Source: Nageia nagi
Taxonomy: Eukaryota > Plantae > Pinophyta
Assembly (NCBI GenBank): GCA_050084985.1
Contig: JBITNC010000001.1
Location: 180,358,001 to 180,422,000 of the forward strand
Length of the DNA stretch: 64,000 bases
Direction of reading: 5' to 3'
Both the position numbers and the translations under genes were made by a program. Shown here piece by piece: positions 12,540 to 24,625 of this stretch (position 1 is its first letter; each line of letters starts with the position of its first letter). Below the pieces are notes generated by a model, which did no database searches, was not told where the DNA came from, and worked only from the letters and a program-made list of their open reading frames with translations.

Positions 12540-14460
12540 ACATCCTTGATAGTGCTCGAGGTCGACTAGTGCCATTGGATGGGTCGTTACACCATGCACC
12601 AAATTCAAATACCTTCACTAATAAAGAATTCAAACAGCTTAAGTTCCACCTTACAAAGCTTGGTGGTATATTTGGAGTCAATTCAAATTGGATAGAGAAC
12701 AAGGGTAATCCATTGAGCATGGAGATTCATAATATACTCCTTGTTGGTACAGATAAGGATATTGAATTTGAAAAGTTCAATGGTGAGACCAATCCTATTA
12801 AACATATTCAAGGTTTTGAGCATACTATGAAACTTAAATGTGGGGCTAATGATCATTTGAAAGTAAAATATTTCCCCATGAATTTAATCAATGAAGTTCG
12901 CAAGTGGTTTCATAGATTGTAACCAGGTTCTATATCATCATATTAACAATTGAATGATCAATTCATGGATCACTTTAGATGTAATATCAACAAACTAGTT
13001 GATTTGATAGATTTGATCTGTTACAAGTACAAACAAATGAAAAGGTTGGACAAGTTTGCTCCTAAATTTATAAAGCTTTGAAGGTTGATTGAACAAAAGA
13101 TGGAGGAGAGATTCATTGCAATGGTATTATTTGAAAATATTAATCTTATTCTTGGTGAAAAAGGGCTTGAGCATGTTAATAGTTTATTTATGCATATGGT
13201 TCATTTTCTTATTGAGAAAGAAGGATTCTTAGTAAGGTCTAATTTGCTCAAATACACATTCTCCTCTTCCAACAAAGATAATGGTAGAAAAACCTATAAA
13301 ACAAAGGATGATACTTTAGTTAATATAGTGGAACCATCTAACCAAGATAAATCCAAAGATAAAAAATCAACCAAAGAATTATATCCATTACCTATGAACC
13401 CTAATCAAATATTTGAGTAATGTTTAGAAAAAGGTCTAATCAAATGGATTAAAGGAAAATAATATGGACCTAATGATGAAAATCCTAATTGGTATAGGGA
13501 TAAATAATTTTGAAAATATTATCAAATTAAAGAGCATAATACAATAGGTTTTTATGTTTTGGGAAACAAATTAAAACACCTATTAGATAGTGGTACAATC
13601 TCATATAAAAATGATGTGCTTAAATTCAAATCTTAAGACCTACCTTTCATCAATATGATGAATATGATTATCAATGATGATAATGGTGAACTTATTGATT
13701 TTGATGATTAATTCAATGCAAAAGTAGAATCAGATGCAAGTTTAGATTTGGAAAAAACATGCAATGCAACCGCAAGATGAAAGAAAGGTATTCTTAACCC
13801 AATTTTTGCTACAAAAGAGGTACCTTCTAAATATTCTCTTAAGAAAAAGAAAAAAGATAAATACAAAAAGAATATCCTACAAGATTTAAATGTTACAAAT
13901 GCTAAAATCAGTTTGCTTGAGTTGTTTGAAACTTCTAAAGAGCATAGAATGGCATTATTCAAACTCCTTAGTGGCATTAATATTGATACTGATGTTTCTA
14001 CTAGTTCATTGGAATGAATGATTGGTTACTTTAAGAATACTATAATATTTACTAAAGGTGAGATTCCTAATGATGATATTATTGACAAATGCTTTCCAAT
14101 ACACATATGTGTTAAGATATTAGTAAATACAATCAAACATGCATTTGTATATGGTGGTATAGATTTGAATATTTATTCCATTAACTTCATCAAGAAGTTT
14201 GGTGATAAACTGATGCCTAATTTTGTACTAAAAATTATAAGATTACAGGTTATAATAGTGATAGCAAGGCATGTGCTAGACATAACATATTGCTTATTCA
14301 GTTGGGACTAAAGATAATGGAAGTTATGACATATGTCCTAGATAAGAAGCTTCCTTATGATATCCTCCTTGAGAGATGATGGATTCATCCAATGAGGTAG
14401 GTACCATATACATTACATAGATTGATTAAATTTAACCATGATGGACAAGAATATGTAGTT
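12540..14460 (+). pseudogene. gag: Element A gag and aspartic protease (degenerate)
   Basis: EKFNGETNPIKHIQGFE...YFPMNL..EVRKWFHRL (retrotrans_gag), NAKISLLELF, a decayed VD.G..LNI protease core and LPYDILL...WIH. Many stops and frameshifts. Confidence 0.85.
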
Positions 14461-14849
14461 GAAGAAGTGGAATAAAATCTAATCATGATTACACAAGTTA
14501 GGAACACCATAGTTCTATATAGAAATGTTGAAATCCATGAGAAAAATGATGAATATAGTGAAGAAGATGAAGAAAATAATGATACCATGCAATTGTACAA
14601 AGAAAAATGTGTTGACACATATGCTATTAGTTAGAAGGGCACCCACGCTCACCTTAGCACCTGCACTACCCTAATTACTACATATGCAATCAAGATCAAT
14701 TAGAATCAAAAGAAGATGATGTCAAGATGATATTGTATAATTTTACAATCAGATTCATAATTAGATACAGATAATAATAAGGTGGTAACTTGTGTTAAGT
14801 TCAACAAGAAGATAATGTAAATGAGATATAATGCACTATTGATACCTCA

Positions 14850-14965
14850 ATACATGGAATCCAAAAGGTACAAGGGAAAAGGACATGGAAGAAATGAACA
14901 GGGAATTGAAGCTTTAACTGCAAAAATATTTAAGTCAAATGAAGCAAAGAGTGGGCTAGGACAAA
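14850..14965 (+). other. G-patch-like motif between protease and RT
   Basis: Translates YMESKRYKGKGHGRNEQGIEAL...KSGLG, fitting the M..MGY..GKGLG...QGI...GLG G-patch pattern seen in Tat/Ogre polyproteins. Confidence 0.6.
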
Positions 14966-15328
14966 GAAGATAAATCAAAAAATTTTGGTCTCATACAATA
15001 GTGATAAAGAGTCAGAAGTAGATCAATATGGTTGAATTAGCATCAAAAATTAAGGAATAATTTTTAAAGAAGGCTCATGCCTACATTAGCTCTAGTGGTT
15101 GTGCTTGCATCAATGCCAACACTAACCTTAGCACCCATTATATGGAAATAGATAATGAATCATCTTACCCCATTATTGATAGGGTAGTTTCTTAGTCTAC
15201 TTATGTGTTTGAAATGAATTATGCATTGGGGGTAAGATCAAAGTTGAAACCATTCCATCCCAAGAGGAAATGTAAGGTTGGTTATCATCTTGATGGTTAC
15301 TTTAGAGAGGAGATGGAGGATTTAGCAG

Positions 15329-15435
15329 GTTGTTCTCTACTACACTAGCCTACCTTATTCTTTCATTACATTGGAGTAGGCTAGGTAGCTAGAGGTGTGT
15401 GTATGCATGACATTCTTTCTCTTATGACATAATAA
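15329..15435 (+). other. Putative intron between protease and RT in A
   Basis: gcag|GT...tgacataatA(A/G)|gattggg. Homologous to 57175-57291 on the minus strand, where GT..AG is intact. Confidence 0.55.
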
Positions 15436-15439
15436 GATT

Positions 15440-18400
15440 GGGGCATTTCCTAACCTTTCTCAACTAGGTGATGAGATACTATGGTTGAATGAGGCTCATG
15501 TTGAGATAAAACATTGGTACATAAGAGGTGCCATGGATTGTTCATATTGGAACAAGCAACATTGGGAAATATAAGCAAACATATCAGTAGTTCTTAATAG
15601 TTTTTAAGGATATGTTTTCTTACGAATACAATGATATGACAAGATTAAATCTAGCCTTTGTGACTCACAATTTGGTTGTACAAGAAGATGCCAAACCTAT
15701 ACAACAAAAAAGAAGACCAATGCACCCAAAGCATTCTTTGCTAGTTAAGAAGGAGATTAAAAAATATATTAAGGTAGGATTTATTGATCCCATTGATTAA
15801 TCACCTTAGCTAAAATTGTTCAATATTTGAAACCAAATGGAGAAGTCAAGTTGCATAGATTTCAAAGATTTAAATAAAGCTTGCCTAAAGGATAATTTTT
15901 CTTTACCACACATTGACATAATTATGGATTCTACAACAAGATATGAGTTGTTATCCTTCATGGATGGTTTCTCAGGGTGTAATTAGATTTGAATCAACAA
16001 AGAGGATCAACATAAGACAACATTCACCACACCTTGGGGAACATTTTGTTAGGTAGTCATACCATTTATCCTCAAAATGCAAGGGTAACATACCAAAGAG
16101 CAATGGTAACTATGTTTCATGATCTCATTCATAAATCAGTTGAAGTATATGTTGATGACATTCTTACTAAATCAACTAAGAATAAAAGTCATTTAGAAGA
16201 CTTAAGAGTTATCTTTCAAATGATGAAACAATTTAACTTGAATCTAAATCCTAAGAAGTGTGTTTTTGGGGTTTCTAATGACAAGTTACTTAGTTACATT
16301 AAATCTATAATATACATAAAGATAGAACCTAAAAAGATTAAAGGTATAATGGACATGCCTCCACCAAAGAATATTAGACAATTATGAAGTCTACAAGGAA
16401 AGTTGCAAGAATTTAAGATATTCATAGTTCAATAAACAAATAGAACAAATCCATTCTTTTACTTGCTCAAGAATGGAAATCAATTCATATGGACAAAGGA
16501 GTGTCAAAAGGCATTTGAATATATCAAAAAATACTTACTTAATCCTCCTATTTTGTAACTAGTTGATCATAGAAAATCTTTATACTTATGTATCTCAGCT
16601 ATAGCTAATGCTATTAGGACATTCCTTATGCAACTTAATAATGAAAATAGAGAAAGGGTTATGTAATATTTATCTAATATACTACAAAATGTAGAAATCA
16701 ATTACACACCAATTGAGAAGTTGTGTTATGTCATAATCTACATAACTCAAAAATTGAGGCACTACATGATCACCAACACTACCTTCATTGTAGCTTTGGC
16801 TGATCCATTGAGGTACTTGTTATCAAAACCATAGTTGCAAGGAAGACCAGCCAATTAGATAATGAACCTACAAGAGTTTAATCTTCAATATACATGCCAA
16901 AAAGCATACACAGGATAAGTTATAAATGATATACTTGCAATAGTACCATGTGATGAAAACAATAACAAGAATGAGCTTGTGGCACTATTAAAGTAGTGTG
17001 AGGACAAGACATAAATATTATTCTTTGATTGATCTAAGTGTTTGGAAGGGTATGGGGCAAGAATTATGCTAGTATCTCTTGAGTGCACAAACAACATGAT
17101 CGAGTATGAAGGTTTATTCTTAGTATTAAAAGCAATAATCAAGATTGGAATCAATTAGTTGAAAGCTTATAATGATTCATATCTTGTTATCAATCAAATC
17201 AATGATACTTACAACATAAAGGATTATAAATTGTAGCCATATAAAGACTTGGTAGCTTTAATTATTTAAATATGCTTCACACAAATTCAATTTGAAAATA
17301 TTTCAAGGAATAACAATAGATATGTAGATGCTATGGCTAATGTTGCTCTATTAACACCTATCTTAATTGAAGATGAGGAAACCATTATCAAAATCAATAG
17401 CCTTAGAAATTATTCTTCTCTCGATGATGATTAATATCAAGGGTTATTCAAGAAAGAGCCACTCATATGTGCTATCCTCCTATTACATGAATGGTATGCT
17501 TACATCTACAACCACCTCAAATAAGAAAAGATTCTAGATTCATGTTAGTATAAGTTGCTCAAATAAATGCTAAAATGCATGGATACAAGGTATGTCATTA
17601 TTGGTTATATTATTTACAAAATATCATTTGATGGTACTTTACTTAGATTTCTAAACGAAACAGAAGCAAATAAGGCTATGAAACAAGTGCATGATAGCAT
17701 AAATGAAGGTCATTTCAATGGTAAAGCTATATTTAATAACCTCTTAAGAATAGGATATTATTGACCATATATGGGAAGGGATTGCATCTTACATGTTCAA
17801 AAATATGAAAAATATCAAAATCATGCTAACTTAAAATAGGCTTCTTCAAGTGAATTAATCACAATGATATCTCCTTGGCCTTTTGCTATTTGGGATTTTG
17901 GATTTAATTAAAGTTATCAATCCCAAAACTAGTGATGGATACAAATTCATCTTAGTTGATACATAGGACATCATAAAATAGAAATAAGTTGTACCAATGA
18001 TATCCTCTAAAGGTCCTCAAATTATAAAATTCATGACTAAAAATATTATTGTAAGATTTGGTGTTCCATCTCATCTAATTATGGACAATGAAAAGAATTT
18101 CAAAAGCAAACTGGTTAGGGAATTTTGCAAGAGTTTCAAAATTAGGAAAAGGTTCTCATCGACATATTATCCATAAGGTAATGGATAAGTAAAAGCAAAT
18201 AACCATACAATTATCAATATTTTGTGCAAAATAGTCAAGAAAACTCATAAAAAATGGCATTCACATCTTATATATGCACTATTGGCATATAAAACAAGCA
18301 TCAGATAAGCTACATGTTGCACTCCATTCTCATTAGTCTATGAAGATGAGGTATTATTATCATTGGAAGTGGAAATACCATAATTGAGAGTGTCTCTAGA

Positions 18401-18752
18401 AGGCATCATTGATTGGGAAGAGCAATGAAAAGAAAGGTTAAGATAGCTAGAAGGATTAGACAAAAAGAGAATCCATGCCTTAGAACATCTCAGAGCTTAT
18501 TACAAAGGAGCTAAGAAAGCATATGGCAGATTATTGTACCAATAGATTTCCAAATGTGTGATCTAGTGCTCAAAGAGAATCATCATAAATCATAGGCTAA
18601 AAAGTAAGACAAATGCAAGTTTAAGACAAATTGGATATGTTCATACATTATCAAGATGAAATATCTAAATAATGCATATAGGTTAGCAATAATTGATAGC
18701 AAAGTAGACAAAATATCAACCAATGCAAAGTACCTCAAACCATTTTATACAT
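15440..18752 (+). pseudogene. pol: Element A pol: RT - RNase H - additional (archaeal-type) RNase H - integrase (degenerate)
   Basis: RT: DFKDLNKAC.KDNF.LPHID, FMDGFSG, YQRAMVTMFHDLIHKSVEVYVDD, LNPKKCVFGV. RH: NYTPIEKLC. aRH: LFFD.SK...CTNNM.EYEGL (~17015-17350). INT: VHD..NEGHFNGK...LRIGYY, PWPFAIW, RFGVP..LIMDN, ALLAY.TS...TGCTPFSLVY. Confidence 0.93.
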
Positions 18753-19329
18753 AAGGGAAGCTTATCACATAGGTTTAGTAGTCATCCTTCAGTCAATCAT
18801 TATTGCAGAGTTCATAAATTAGGATACTAGCTTTGTTAACATTTTGTTAAGCTAGCAGTTATCATATACAAATCAATGATATTGATTTAATTAGTCATAT
18901 AGATAAGGCCTTGGGTAGTTCCATTTTATTATCAAACACCACACATAGATCAAACCTCTCAAAATAGCTACACCTCAATCAAAGAAAAATTACAGATTTA
19001 GAATCATAGCAAGGCTTAGTTCCCACACTACCTTCTACACCTACACTAGCATTCTTGTAGCAAATTAGCTAGATCATCAAAGGTAAGTGCATGTATCATT
19101 TTTGAATCTCTTATCTTTAATACACATGATCTTAATTCATTCATATCATGTTTAGTCATTTTTTTTATACATCATTTCCTTGTTGGGTGGACATTAAATA
19201 ACCTTCATCTTAATTCACTAAACCAACCATTTTCTTGGGTTATCTTAATGATTGGGACTAAAACAATCCTTATAATGTCCACATTATCATTGGTACTATA
19301 ATCATGCATGATTGGAAAATATTAAAATC

Positions 19330-19600
19330 AATCACCTCTGAATCACATTTAAGAATGGGCATGTATCTCATGATGATGAACAACATATCACATGCATAGT
19401 TGGAAAATATTCAAACCAACCATGTCTTTGAGTCACTTTTGTTGGTTAGGTATTAACAAACCATCATCATGTAGTTCCTTATAATTCATATGTTACATAT
19501 AGGAATGGGGCATGTATCTCATGATGATGTTAACATATATGATTTTGATTGTATGTGTTCCATTTAGGAATGGGGTATGTACCCTATGATGATGTGGACA
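19330..19600 (+). repeat. Dispersed direct repeats in 3' UTR of A
   Basis: a(a/g)gaatggg(g)catgtatctcatgatgatg occurs three times (~19351, ~19501, ~19566) and again at ~59583. Confidence 0.7.
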
Positions 19601-20454
19601 CACCTTTATCATGATATTGTATGTATGCATCTAAGAATGAAACACTGAGTATTTATGTATTTAGTATTCTAAAGGTAATGTATGCATATTATATTTATTT
19701 CATCCTTACTTCATTATTGCTATATTATTTGAAGAAATTTTATGATGTTTACTCTTACATATCATTGCTATATCTTTTATGAGTTAATAATTATATATAT
19801 GCTTGGAGGTGTGTGCCTCTCATTTTTAGATTTTATTCTTTGCTCTTGGTTGATTCTACTACATGCAAGCCATTACATCTCACAACCAAAAAAAAGAGGG
19901 GTAAATATATATCATCAAATCCTTGATGAAAAATTTTCTTCTCGAAAAATTTTCTTCTCTTTACCTTTACTTCCTTTGGAAGCATAATATCATTTCAAGA
20001 TTCAATTTTATTATACTTATAAATGGGAAAAATTTTAAGGGGCAAATTGGTGAATCAAGGCTATAATTTCATATTTTCACTTTTTGATTTGGCTAGTATA
20101 GCACATGGTGGGTCATGCCTTAGAGCCAAAAAGTTTATTAAAAAATTTAAATTCTTAACAATGTAGTCGACCTTTCAACATGATTTCAAATATAGTAACC
20201 CTTTTTTCTAAACTTAATTTAGCTCATTTTCCTTGAAATTATAAAAGTAATAAATAATCCTAAATAAATAGCCACTTATAGATTAGCATATATACACACA
20301 CACACACACATATATCAAACTCTCCTATCCAAATGATACCACTACATTGCAACATCATAGAGGAAGTAGTTGTTACCTAACAACATTCAATTTATGCTAT
20401 TTTTGCAATATTGATATTGAATATAATAGGTTTAGAATATCCTTACTACACCCA

Positions 20455-20965
20455 AGTTTGATCATGCAACTAGATTAAAACTTGTATCCAATATGAAACC
20501 TGAATTTGGGTTGGAACCTACATCCAAGTAAGAACATGCATCTAAGTCATATGCATCTATCTACAACTAGGTCAAAACTTGTATCAAAGTAGCTAGTATT
20601 TCTTTGCAATTGGGTTAGAACCTGCATCTAAGTAGCAACATGCATCCAAATTGAAAGCATCTATCTATAACTAGGTTGGAACCTTTATATGGGTATGACA
20701 CATCTATCTATAGTAGGGTCAAAACCTAAATCTAGGTAGGAAGCATCTATTTATAGTCAGGTCAAAAAATGCATCTGGATCAGAAGCATCTTTCTCTAAC
20801 TAGGTCAGAAGCATTCTTTTTAATAGCCAGGTTGGAAGCATCTTTCTACAGCTAGGTTAGAAGCATCTTTCTGTAGTCATTCAAAACTTAAATTTGATTA
20901 GAACCTACCTTAGAATCACAAGCATTTCCTTGCAACTTGCATCTAGATAGGAAGCAATGTCTACA
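20455..20965. repeat. Subterminal short-motif tandem array (gaagcatct..ctacaactaggtc)
   Basis: Many degenerate copies of GCATCT and CTAGGT(C/T)(A/G)GAA motifs upstream of the transposase. Confidence 0.75.
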
Positions 20966-21225
20966 TCCAGTTTAGATGAAATCCTACCCACTCCTAGTAG
21001 TGATACAAAGCTTAATGGTAATAAAGGTGTAATAGGACACACTTCCACAAAACCTAAGAGCATTTATCATATTTTAAATAGCTGATAAAGGTGTAGTAGC
21101 TAACTCTTATCATAGAAGGTACATTCACTTTAAATATATATTTTAAGTTGATTGTAAATTGCACTATTTAATTAAGATAGTCTTCTATGCATTAAAAGTA
21201 AGAATATTTTGTTATAGAAAATACA

Positions 21226-23700
21226 ATGGATGTGACTCCCATGAAGAAGACATATCTGATGATGAAATTTTGGATGAATTTCAACTTGATATTACTCCTA
21301 ATGGATAGGAACCTACTAACAAGAATGATGATAATGAGACAAGATCTCAAGAACATACAAGTAGCAAAAAGTAATTTAATAGAAAGAGAAAAAGCAAATG
21401 GACTGTAGGTAGAACATTTTAGGATGAATGGGTAGGAACATATCCTTTAATAGAACTTGTAATGCTTGAAAATAGTTCAAAATAACCTATAGGTACATAT
21501 GTTGTTGTTGGGCATTTAAAAAAGAATATAGAATGCAACTAAAAAAAGATACAATTCAAAAATATTATGAGAAAAATATGAGTATGAAGAAGTAGATGGT
21601 AAGCAAATAAAGGTTATTAAGCAGAAAGAGAAAACAAAATGCTTTCATCTTAAATATCAAGAGATGTATGAAAATGAGATGAATATAAGAAAGGAGATTT
21701 TTGAAATAGGTAGAATAATAAATCAACATATGGATATAGTGAATCAGGCAAATATAATTGGTAAGACTGTACAATTTTCTACTATATCTAAAATTTTAAT
21801 AAATGGTAGGCCTATTTTAGATATTTCATTATATAAATAATTTCTCCATTTTGTTGGTATACCAAATTTTAAATTACCATAATACCATTGGTTTGAGAGC
21901 AATGAATGGGATATTGCAAATAGTATTGCAACTTTTGAGATGTAAGATTTATGAGAAAAGGTAAGAGATGCAAAATTTATTTCATTATCTCTACATGAAG
22001 TTACAACTATTGATCATACACATTGGGTTTAATTACATGTTTACACCTTTCAAGAATCTGAACACATGAGACAACCTCCCTTTATATCAATCTAAAAATA
22101 TATATTAAAGTTGTAATGCAGAAAATTTATGCAATCTTGTTGTTATTTGTCTAAAGGATATTGCAAGGATGGACAATTATGACATAACTACGAATTTGAT
22201 ATGTGTAGGTACATATTTAATGCAAGGAAACAAGAATGAAATTTGTGTTAAGCTTCAAAAAACCTATTCTCCATACATGATAGCAATTCATTGCATGACA
22301 CATAGAATGAATATTTCAAAAAAAATAGTTAACAATTTTGAAATTATTGCCATGGTGAAGGAATTGGTTCATGATATTTCACTCTAATTTTGTACATAGT
22401 TTGAAGAAGATTGTATAGTTTTAATAATTTGTTGAGGGTCTAACAAATGGTAAAAAATGCTTAGTGATGTTGATACTAGATGGATTTCTTTGTATTTTCT
22501 TGCATTTAGAGTATGCGAAGAAACATATCTCATTAAGCAAGTATATGTGGAAAAAATTTACAAAAGTTGATAAAGCAAAAAATATATTATACATGTTAAC
22601 AAATATTGAACTGTTACTAACTTTATGTGGAATTCTACCAATGTTTAAGGAAATACATAATATGATGAAAATAACTCAAATAAGACACATATATGTTATT
22701 GATTTTGTAAGGGCAAGAAAACATACTTGTTTTATTCTAGACAACTTGTATCTTGGAAGGGATAACTTTATGGGTGATAGATTTGAGGAATAACAATCTG
22801 TAATTGATTTGAAACATCCAAAAAGTTTTTTGAAATTTGATATCATGGGTAACCTTTGTATATGTGTTCATGATAAATTGATCGTAATACACTATTATTA
22901 TAGGAGATATGATATTTATGTCAAAAGTTTAGAATAAATGCCTATAACATCATAATTGTTTGATCATCTCATTTCTAATGTAAGAAGAAAATTGCAAAAA
23001 GTATTAGAAATGGTATCAAGTGAAATAAGAGATCAGTTTAGCAAAGATGATTTGTTAGAGTCAAAAAGTATTATTCATCCACATTTCTAGTCAACAAATA
23101 ATAGCTACATGAGTTCAATATATAAGAAATATGTTAGTAATCTTATAAAACACTTCTATCAATAGGTTAACATCAATGGTCTTAAAATTCTTAGTATTTT
23201 AGATTAAAAAAAGTTGACAAATCAATCAAACCAATTCGATATTACTATGTATGAATAATACAAGTAGTTGAGTGAACCAAATAAAAATGGCTCAATAGTA
23301 CAATTATAGGGTAGACTTTATCTAAGTACAATACTACAGACATAAATAAGCAAATATTTTTGAATGTACAAATTATGTTAGATAATGATTTTGGGATTTG
23401 TTAAAGATGAACATGTTTTCAGTGCATCAGCTTATATCAAATCAAAAGTTCACAATAGATTGGATAAGAATTTGGAAACATGTTTAAGAATTTATACATA
23501 TAAATATACATTAGAAAATTTTCCATATGATAGGGCTATTTCTACATTAGATTTGATTACAAATAGGAGAGGAGCATCAAGGAATGAATGTGCTGAAGAT
23601 GTAAAAAAATAGGGAAATGGAAGTATCACAAAGATGAGTTTTACTAGCAAATTGTTGTAAATGATTATTTTAAATGCAAGAAGGAGATAAAGATGAAGAA
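21226..23700 (+). pseudogene. hAT-superfamily transposase (ZNF862/DUF4371-like), degenerate
   Basis: N-terminal RTF.DEW...YP.I (TTF-like), FISLSLHEVTTIDH..W..LHVY (first catalytic D region), SPYMIAIHCMTHRMN (CxxH), DVDTRWISL, and C-terminal dimerisation GFVKDEHVFSASAYIKSKVHNRLDKNLETCLR. Confidence 0.88.
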
Positions 23701-23984
23701 AGTGCAAATGCATAATTTTATTTGTCTTATCAAATTCATTATTGATATAATATATTTTAATTTCACATTGGTTGAAAGGATTATTAATATTATTTGATAT
23801 TTTTTAATCTCAAATTTTTTGTGTAATGTGTAATTTGAACTGTTATTTGATATTATTTTTTATTTTACATTTTACTTCAATTTCTAAACTGTATATGATA
23901 TGATTAGCATGTAGTAAATTGTATATGATATTTTATTTTACTTTTAGTTTTTTATAAGTGAACAATTGCAAACTATATATGATA

Positions 23985-24320
23985 TGATTAGCATGTTGTT
24001 GAAACTAAGCTAGTTACATGTGAGTTGTAGCCAAGATAGTTGCATGTTGATGTAGTCGAGCTAGTTACATGTTGTTGTAGCTAGGATGGATGCATGTAGT
24101 TGCAATCAAACTAATTGTAACAACATGCAACTAGATCAGTTGCATGTTGCAGTTGATATGGATGCATGTTGTTGCAATTGGTTTGGTTGTAACTACAAGC
24201 ATTTGGCCTGGTTGCAACAACATGCATCCGAATCGATTGGAAGTAATTATAGCCAAGGTCAGATGTATTTAAATACATATGATCTAGTTGTAATTTCTTA
24301 CATCCATCCTAGCTACATCT
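23985..24320. repeat. Internal tandem array (ggatgcatgttgttgca), inverted relative to the left array
   Basis: Repeated gttgcatgttg/gatgcatg motifs between the 3' ends of the two genes. Confidence 0.7.
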
Positions 24321-24625
24321 CTTTTGCTCTTGAAATATAACATCATTAGGAATGATATAATAAGTAAATAAAATTACAAATTTAAAATCAAATTTATTAG
24401 CTACCAAAGAAAATTATTTCAAATTTGCAATCAAGTAAACAAAATTGCTAATCCACATAATGCTATTAATCTAATTTTATGTTGTTACTTACAAAATGGC
24501 TGACAACATCATTTCATAGCATACATTAAGTGTTATGCATTTCATAACAATTAAGTTTTTAATATTCTAACTAGATTGGAAAACCATGAGTTTAAAAGGA
24601 AAATAACATAAAAACCATTTACTAA

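Noticed and set aside
20289-20315. (CA)n/(TA)n microsatellite (also 10099-10115, 57206-57221)
   Set aside because: Ordinary simple repeats. The one at 20289 may obscure the hAT TSD but is not informative in itself.
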